Shown piece after piece: positions 50,095 through 56,134 of a stretch of DNA of 56,134 nt. A program made the position numbers and the translations under genes. Source of the stretch: Alphaproteobacteria bacterium (GTDB lineage Bacteria > Pseudomonadota > Alphaproteobacteria > Paracaedibacterales > CAITNM01); assembly GCA_037138055.1 (NCBI GenBank), contig JBAXJB010000006.1, positions 1 through 56,134 of the forward strand. Reading direction: 5' to 3'. Positions within the stretch are counted from its first letter, which is position 1. Every line of letters starts with the position of its first letter. The notes under the pieces were generated by a model that was given only the letters and a program-made list of their open reading frames with translations, was not told the origin of the DNA and searched no databases.

Positions 50095-51417
50095 ATGATC
50101 GTTAACTCTACTGAGACGCCTCTTCCTAAAGAAATAAAAAAATCTGTAGCTATTGTTCTGATTGGTAATTTTCTTGATTTCTTTGATTTGCTTTTAGCTG
50201 TTCATTTAACCGTTGTCCTTTCTGCGATTTTTATTCCACCTGATTCCCCTCATAAAGTTTTAATGACAGCTTTCATGTTTTGCTCGTCGTTTTGCATTCG
50301 GCCTTTGGCAGCATTATTTTGGGGATATGTAGGAGATACCATTGGTCGAGTGCCTGTATTAATTTCCACCACATTCCTAATGTCAATTTCGTGCCTGATT
50401 ATTCCTAATATTCCTCCATATGCTGAATGGGGAGCTCTCTCAGCGGTGTTGTTTTTATCAATGCGACTGGTACAAGGGTTTGCATCAGGAGGAGAATGTA
50501 TTGCTGCAGATGTGTTTATTACGGAAATAGTACCCAAGCCTAAAGTATATTTTTATAGTGCACTCGTCGAAGCTACATGTTCGCTAGGAGGTTTGGTAGC
50601 TTGTGGGGTTGGTGCTTTATGCATTTTTCTTTCCCCGGAAAATGGATGGAAAATACCTTTTTACATAGGATCTGGAGTAGCTGTCTTAGGAACAATCGCA
50701 AGAAAAACACTAAAAGAAACCCCTGAATTTTTAAAAACACTGCAATCTCGAGAGAAAAAAAAGCATCCTGCGGAATTTTATGGCTCACTTAATTATAAAA
50801 ACCGCAATATACCAGCATTGTTTGCCATGTACCTTTTTCCGGCGGTGTCTTTCTATTTTTGCCTAGCATACCTTCCTTCTGTATTAGTGGATCAATTAAA
50901 AATAGACACTAACTGGGTTATGGCGCAAACAACGCTTGTTTTGTTTATTACGATGTGCGCTGAAGTTGGGTATGGGGCTTTGGGGTTGAAAGTTCATCCA
51001 TTTCGCATTGTAAAGTTTAAGTTGATCGCTTTGTTGTGTATTGTTCCTTTTATAATGCTTGTTTACAAGGAACACACAGTATTAAGTATTTTTATTGTTC
51101 AGGTGATTGTTAATGTGTTGGGGCAGGGATTAACCCCTTATACTCCCATTATTAATAAGAGTTTTCCTGTGTTTGGTAGATATACAAGCCTCTTATTTGT
51201 GTGGGCTATTTCACATTCGTTAATGTATTTGTTTACAGCCTTTGTGTGTGAAAAAGTAACAACTTTTTACGGATTAGGTGTTTTATTATGCGGAGCTGCT
51301 TCAATTTCTTTGATTGGGTTGTATAGCTTTGTATCTGCTGATAAAGCCGATAGTTATTCTGATAAAGAGAAGATTCGTGAAGTGAAAAAATGGTTGAAAG
51401 ACATATCGCATTTGTAA
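50095..51417 (+). CDS. MFS transporter, ProP/metabolite:H+ symporter family
   Basis: GNFLDFFD, RPLAA..WGYVGDTIGR, RLVQGFASGGE, LKETPEF. Confidence 0.92.
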   Translation: MIVNSTETPLPKEIKKSVAIVLIGNFLDFFDLLLAVHLTVVLSAIFIPPDSPHKVLMTAFMFCSSFCIRPLAALFWGYVGDTIGRVPVLISTTFLMSISCLIIPNIPPYAEWGALSAVLFLSMRLVQGFASGGECIAADVFITEIVPKPKVYFYSALVEATCSLGGLVACGVGALCIFLSPENGWKIPFYIGSGVAVLGTIARKTLKETPEFLKTLQSREKKKHPAEFYGSLNYKNRNIPALFAMYLFPAVSFYFCLAYLPSVLVDQLKIDTNWVMAQTTLVLFITMCAEVGYGALGLKVHPFRIVKFKLIALLCIVPFIMLVYKEHTVLSIFIVQVIVNVLGQGLTPYTPIINKSFPVFGRYTSLLFVWAISHSLMYLFTAFVCEKVTTFYGLGVLLCGAASISLIGLYSFVSADKADSYSDKEKIREVKKWLKDISHL

Positions 51418-51453
51418 ACTAAGAAATTAAAAATATTGTAGGGGAGCTTGGCC

Positions 51454-51639
51454 ATGGATTCTGATCTTATTAAATTGATTGCGATTATTAGTCTGCTTGG
51501 CTTTCTTTTGTCCTCCTCGGCCATATTTGCAAACATCAGAAGGAAAGCGATTAGAAGAAAATGGATTCAACCGAGAAGATTCAAAATGTGCAGAATACTG
51601 AAAGAGCACCTTAAATCTCAGAAAAAGGGAGGGCACTGA
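51454..51639 (+). CDS. Small single-pass membrane protein with a basic tail
   Basis: GGGGAG RBS before ATG 51454; hydrophobic helix followed by RRKAIRRK. Confidence 0.4.
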   Translation: MDSDLIKLIAIISLLGFLLSSSAIFANIRRKAIRRKWIQPRRFKMCRILKEHLKSQKKGGH

Positions 51640-51756
51640 GTTTTTCAAAATTTACGACTTTTTCGTATTTTTTTGAGTGAACACTAATTATTCGATTTCA
51701 AAATAGTTGAGATTTTTGTACACTGCCCTCTGTTATAAAAGAATATAAATAATATC

Positions 51757-53019
51757 ATGCTTGGTTTTTGGCAACTTGTTGCCTTGGTAGTTGGAAATTT
51801 AGTTGGTAGCGGCGTACTTATGCTGCCGGCAATCTTGGCGCCCTATGGGTCTATATCATTTGCGGGTTGGGTTATGGCTTCCATTGGGGCCATTCTTCTT
51901 TCTTTAGTTTTTTGTCAGCTTTGTAGCAAGCACCCAAGAACCGGCGGGCCGCATGTATATGTAGAAGAAGCCTTTGGAAAAGAAGCAGGCTTTTACATTG
52001 CTTGGGTATATTGGATTTTAGCTTGGGTTGGCTATGCTGCGTTGGTTTCTGCGGCCATGGGCTGCTTAACCACTATTTGTGGCCCCCTTTCCAATAGCAC
52101 GCTGATGATTTTGGAGGTGCTGATTATTGTATTATTTACAGCGGTTAACTTATGTAAAATTGCTTTTGCAGGGCGCGTTGAGCTTGTTCTTACCATTGTT
52201 AAGGTATTGCCTTTAATTGTGCTGCCCGTTGTTGCGTTGTTTTCAGTGAAATCTGAATACCTGTTTGCTGCCCCGCCTATTAACATGCCATACGGGTCTG
52301 CCCTTGCGGGTTCTGTAATGCTAATGATTTTTTCCTTTATGGGGTTTGAGACAGGAACAGTTCCAAGTGAAGAAGTTGAAAATCCACGAAAAACTATTCC
52401 TAAAGCAACGATTGTAGGCACTTTAATCGCGGCGAGTATTTATATTATAGGCACAGTCAGTATTTTGGGGCACATTCCTTTTGATAAACTTGTTCAGTCA
52501 AAAGCGCCCTATGCAGATTTGGCCGCTTGCGTGTTTGGCGGTAATTGGCAAAATTTTGTGGCAGGTGCTGGGATTTTATGTGCATTAGGTGCCCTAAATG
52601 GGTGGATGCTTATTGGTGGACGCATTGCATATGGCGCTGCGAAAGATGGAATATTTCCAAAAATATTTTTAAAAACAGATAAATGCGGTTCCCCCAGTGC
52701 TGCTATTATTATTTCTTCAATGTGCACCATTCCATTCATGATACTTTCGTTGAGTGAAAGCTTGATAGAACAGTTTAATTTTGTAGTTTCAATTAGTTCA
52801 TCGCTTATTATGATTGTGTATTTGGCATGTGCATTGGCTTATATTAAATTTTTAAAAAACTACGAACATACAAAGCCAAAGCATTGGTTGTTGGGCATTG
52901 CCTCTACGGCTTTTTGTTTTTGGGTTTTAAGCTCCATCAGCATTGAAATGACGCTATATTCCCTAACCGTGTTTTTGGTGGGAGTGCCGCTTCGGTTATA
53001 TGCTATGAAGCGTGGTTAA
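51757..53019 (+). CDS. APC-family amino acid/polyamine permease (PotE/AdiC-like)
   Basis: GNLVGSG, PRTGG, FMGFE, VENPRKTIP, AAKDGIFP. Confidence 0.93.
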   Translation: MLGFWQLVALVVGNLVGSGVLMLPAILAPYGSISFAGWVMASIGAILLSLVFCQLCSKHPRTGGPHVYVEEAFGKEAGFYIAWVYWILAWVGYAALVSAAMGCLTTICGPLSNSTLMILEVLIIVLFTAVNLCKIAFAGRVELVLTIVKVLPLIVLPVVALFSVKSEYLFAAPPINMPYGSALAGSVMLMIFSFMGFETGTVPSEEVENPRKTIPKATIVGTLIAASIYIIGTVSILGHIPFDKLVQSKAPYADLAACVFGGNWQNFVAGAGILCALGALNGWMLIGGRIAYGAAKDGIFPKIFLKTDKCGSPSAAIIISSMCTIPFMILSLSESLIEQFNFVVSISSSLIMIVYLACALAYIKFLKNYEHTKPKHWLLGIASTAFCFWVLSSISIEMTLYSLTVFLVGVPLRLYAMKRG

Positions 53020-53055
53020 ATAATACAGGACACAAAAATTGGGAATAGTAAAATA

Positions 53056-53070
53056 GGGGAAAATATCCCC
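53056..53070. terminator. Short hairpin between convergent genes
   Basis: GGGGA-AAATA-TCCCC. Confidence 0.35.
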
Positions 53071-53075
53071 CATCC

Positions 53076-53483
53076 TTAAGCTACTTGTTTAATCCAATCC
53101 TTTTGATTGTAAAAACAAGATATACGGTAAATTAAACCATTTTTGATTTCAAAAAATGCGTGAACCGGCAAGGTGTATTGTTGGCTACGTGCAGGAGGAT
53201 AGTTTGCTACATCTTTAAGGTATACTCCATCAATAGTAAGCTTTGATGCTGCATATTTTCCTTCTTCACTTGTGATAATCACAATGTCTTTTGCTGTTTC
53301 CTTGCAGGCATCAAAACAAAACTCCATAAATGTGCGAAATGGCTCTACGCCAATTTCTGTGGAACCTTGGCAGATATCGTGTATCACTTCTGGGTGGAGA
53401 GTTGAAACAAACTTCTCAAGATTTTCTTCGTTAAAAGCTTGGTAATATTTTTGGACTAAATCGTGTGTTGCTTGGTTAGTCAT
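53076..53483 (-). CDS. Ketosteroid isomerase-related / SnoaL-like (NTF2 fold) protein
   Basis: YYQAFN, HDICQG, PPARSQQYTLPV.AFFEI, YNQKDWI. Confidence 0.85.
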   Translation of the reverse strand: MTNQATHDLVQKYYQAFNEENLEKFVSTLHPEVIHDICQGSTEIGVEPFRTFMEFCFDACKETAKDIVIITSEEGKYAASKLTIDGVYLKDVANYPPARSQQYTLPVHAFFEIKNGLIYRISCFYNQKDWIKQVA

Positions 53484-54355
53484 AGTTGTTCCTTTTCAAG
53501 AAGTATGGATTGAGCATTTGTACGGTCGCTGAAGTTCAGCACCTGGCCACTGAACCGTACTTTAAGCATAAGTTCAAGGTCAAGATCGCCCATTATAAGA
53601 GTGTTTGATTCAGTTTTAGCGAGTATGCCTGATTCTGGAAAACCAGCATCAATGGGGGTAAAAATTCCAGCTTCACCGGTGGCTATTCCATCAAATTCAT
53701 CACAAGAAAAATCACCACGAATAGCCTTGCCTGTACAGGTTGCTGTAATCGCAAAACATTGATTTTCCATAGCTCGTGCATGGGCTGCAACATGTATTCG
53801 CTGCGCTCCATGAGCGCTGTCTGTGTAGCTTGGGATAAACAATACATCTGTACCTGCAAAGGTTAGTTGGCTAACCAGCTCTGGGAATTCGCTATCATAG
53901 CAAATGCACACTCCAAATTTACCAAAATCACTATCAAAAATTTTTAATGTATTGGAACCGTTTAACCAGCCAAGAGCTTTTTCAGAAGGGGTTAAGTGTA
54001 TTTTATCTTGCCACAGTAATTTACCTGAAGGGCAGGCTACATAACAACGATTGTAATATTGCGTATCATATACTGGAACTGATCCACCGATGATGGTCAT
54101 GTTGTGACCTTTTGCCAGTTCAACTAAAGCATTTTTGTAGGCTTCTATTCCTGAGGTTTGAAAAAATTCAACATTTTCTTGGAAGCTCTTTTTATAGGGC
54201 CAAACCCATTCAAGTCCTGCATATTCAGGCAATACTAGAAAATCCACGTTACATGCTTTCTTACAAAGTTCCTTAAGCCTTTCAAAAGCTTGATCTATTG
54301 AATCATGGATTTCCAGAGGATATCTGGTTGTTGCAACGCGCATGATCAAAGGATC
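53480..54355 (-). CDS. Carbon-nitrogen hydrolase (nitrilase superfamily)
   Basis: VLPEY, QDKIHLT, ICYDSEFP catalytic triad, ARAMENQ; start approximate. Confidence 0.92.
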   Translation of the reverse strand, partial: DPLIMRVATTRYPLEIHDSIDQAFERLKELCKKACNVDFLVLPEYAGLEWVWPYKKSFQENVEFFQTSGIEAYKNALVELAKGHNMTIIGGSVPVYDTQYYNRCYVACPSGKLLWQDKIHLTPSEKALGWLNGSNTLKIFDSDFGKFGVCICYDSEFPELVSQLTFAGTDVLFIPSYTDSAHGAQRIHVAAHARAMENQCFAITATCTGKAIRGDFSCDEFDGIATGEAGIFTPIDAGFPESGILAKTESNTLIMGDLDLELMLKVRFSGQVLNFSDRTNAQSILLEKEQL

Positions 54356-54954
54356 TTTAGCCAAGCTGTAAAAGGTTTTTTTGTTTCTTCTTGCTGATCA
54401 ATATCTTTCCATAAAAACTGAGGTTGAATTTCAGGATGCTCAACAAAGCCATAGTGCTGCCATATGGGTTTTAAATCTTGGTAATTATGAGGCTTTAAGG
54501 GATGATTATTCGGTCGATTTACTGCTACAAATGTGCACATTGTAGCGCCAAAGTTAATAGCTGCTTGTGTACGCTCTTCTATAAAAGTTTTGTAAATTCC
54601 CATGCCTCGATAGGCAGGTAGTAGCATGGATTCGCCAAAATAAAATGTATCACTAACGTTAATACCAGCCTTTTCATAAGGTAAGCGAATATCTTCTAAT
54701 TCTTTAATTAACGGCGTTGCTGTTGTTGCACCGATTATATTCTTGTTATCAAGTGCTATTAAAAGAAAGCTATCTTTAATATTTAGATATCTCCCAAGGT
54801 ACTCTTGCTCATAAGTCATAGTGCCGTCGTAAAGGTAGGGATATTCTCGAAACACCTCGATGCGGAGTTGAGCTAAAGGATTCATAATCTCAGCAATCTC
54901 GTCGCCACGATATGCTTTGAAAGTTATATCACTTGTCGATGCTAGTGCCTGCAT
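54346..54954 (-). CDS. GNAT-family N-acetyltransferase
   Basis: LRIEVFREYPYLYDG, YFGESMLLPAYRGMGI, HPLKP. Confidence 0.9.
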   Translation of the reverse strand: MQALASTSDITFKAYRGDEIAEIMNPLAQLRIEVFREYPYLYDGTMTYEQEYLGRYLNIKDSFLLIALDNKNIIGATTATPLIKELEDIRLPYEKAGINVSDTFYFGESMLLPAYRGMGIYKTFIEERTQAAINFGATMCTFVAVNRPNNHPLKPHNYQDLKPIWQHYGFVEHPEIQPQFLWKDIDQQEETKKPFTAWLKIL

Positions 54955-55014
54955 AATAAAAACACGTAAGGATTTTTATGAAAAGGATTGCAAAAACGGA
55001 AAGGATAATCAAGC

Positions 55015-55046
55015 TTAATCATTTTTTAAGAACAAATGGCTAGACT
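55015..55046 (+). promoter_or_regulatory. CtrA-type box plus -10-like hexamer upstream of the phytase
   Basis: TTAA-TCATTTT-TTAA-N11-TAGACT. Confidence 0.45.
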
Positions 55047-55082
55047 GACCATAGAAGATTTATAACATTTTTAGTGTTCCCA

Positions 55083-55919
55083 ATGAAATTGATTAGTTTA
55101 AGGCATGCTACAGCGTTTGCTGTATTGACGTTAGCAACAGAACAGCTTTCAGCTAGCGGACAAATTGCCGTTTTAGAATCATTAAAAAATAAAGAATTTA
55201 AGGTTAGGGAACAAAGGGACCCTTCTAGGCTTAGAATTTTGAAAGGTGTACGGCTTTCAGGCAGTTCTCAGTTTTCTAAAAACAGCCTGGCAGAAATTGT
55301 AAGAAAAATCAGAGAACATAATACATCCCCCATAGCTATTATAGATGTGCGCCAAGAAATGCATTTGCTTGGTGATAGCGATTTAGCTCATACAATTGCC
55401 GAAAAAGACTGGTCTGAAATCAACCATAAACTTGAATTTATTATTAAAGATGAAGAAGCATTGGTTCATTCAGGGTTGTTAGAACGCGAAGAAACTATCG
55501 CCCATGGACTTGACCTTAAATATTTGCGTGTGCCCGTTACCGATGACACTGTCCCCCATGAAAAAGCTGTAGATGCATTTATTGAATTTTATAAAGATCA
55601 GATACAGAAAGATCCGCAAGCATGGTTTCATGTGCATTGTGAGCATGGTCATGGGCGGACAACCACATTTATGACATTGGTGCATATTCTAAACACCAAA
55701 GGCGAAACAAAATTAGGCGATATTTTGGAGGAACAATATAAGTGTGGGGAAGTTGATCTAGCTTTCCCACCCAAGGAAAAATTAAAAGAAAAAGATGTAG
55801 ACTTACAAAGAAAACGTTTTGCTTTCTTGGAAGAATTCCACCAGTACGTGAATGATAAAGAATCAGGGTTTTTTGCTGATAAACTGTGGACGGAGTGGAA
55901 AAAAATAGTTGGGGAGTAA
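55083..55919 (+). CDS. Protein tyrosine phosphatase-like phytase (cysteine phytase), secreted
   Basis: Signal-like N-terminus; SGSSQFS, IDVRQEMH, YLRVPVTD, WFHVHCEHGHGRTT (CX5R). Confidence 0.88.
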   Translation: MKLISLRHATAFAVLTLATEQLSASGQIAVLESLKNKEFKVREQRDPSRLRILKGVRLSGSSQFSKNSLAEIVRKIREHNTSPIAIIDVRQEMHLLGDSDLAHTIAEKDWSEINHKLEFIIKDEEALVHSGLLEREETIAHGLDLKYLRVPVTDDTVPHEKAVDAFIEFYKDQIQKDPQAWFHVHCEHGHGRTTTFMTLVHILNTKGETKLGDILEEQYKCGEVDLAFPPKEKLKEKDVDLQRKRFAFLEEFHQYVNDKESGFFADKLWTEWKKIVGE

Positions 55920-56069
55920 GAAATTGCAGATTTGATAGAAACGCACAAATAAAATCTGAATTCATTATTAAAGCCAAATAGTTCGATGTGCTTTGTTGAA
56001 TTTTTGTAACATAGATTCAGGAAATTGATATTTATCTTGACAAAGTGGACTTGAATGTGGTAAATTTAG

Positions 56070-56134
56070 CTTCAAATAACTTCAAATAACTTCAAATAAC
56101 TTCAAATAACTTCAAATAACTTCAAATAACTTCA
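56070..56134. repeat. 10-bp tandem repeat (TTCAAATAAC)n running off the window end
   Basis: Six full copies at 56071-56130 plus a partial copy. Confidence 0.97.

Noticed and set aside
56070-56134. CRISPR array
   Set aside because: Contiguous 10-bp units with no spacers and no cas genes

Overview
AT-rich chromosomal segment of an alphaproteobacterium, most consistent with an intracellular Holosporales/Rickettsiales-like lineage (inferred from class I lysS, the mdh-sucCDAB order, rapZ-EIIA-HPr, ProP/AmpG-type MFS permeases and many signal-peptide orphan proteins). Housekeeping blocks (rpsA-accD, lysS, mutM-hemB, fabI-dcd, murA, eno-ftsB, umuC-rluC, mdh-sucCDAB) alternate with orphan secreted proteins. 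The most striking structure is a ~7.4 kb tandem array (5.5-12.9 kb) of ten co-oriented genes for small, mostly acidic secreted proteins. Their mature regions show no visible mutual similarity, but their 5' modules are clearly homologous: an AAAACATGTTTT-like palindrome, exactly 19 bp, a -10-like hexamer, a small hairpin, an AGGAGTT RBS and an MKxLKxL...FAM(D/E)-type signal peptide. Two of their terminators are also homologous. This looks like a cassette-style diversification locus for secreted proteins. Other candidates are Bacillus Tgl-like transglutaminase homologues, a sulfotransferase/glycosyltransferase island behind an (ATATT)10 microsatellite, a PTP-like phytase, CtrA-type promoters and a structured leader upstream of a ProP-like transporter. 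No tRNA, rRNA, CRISPR array or transposase was seen. All family calls come from motif recognition by eye; no searches were run.
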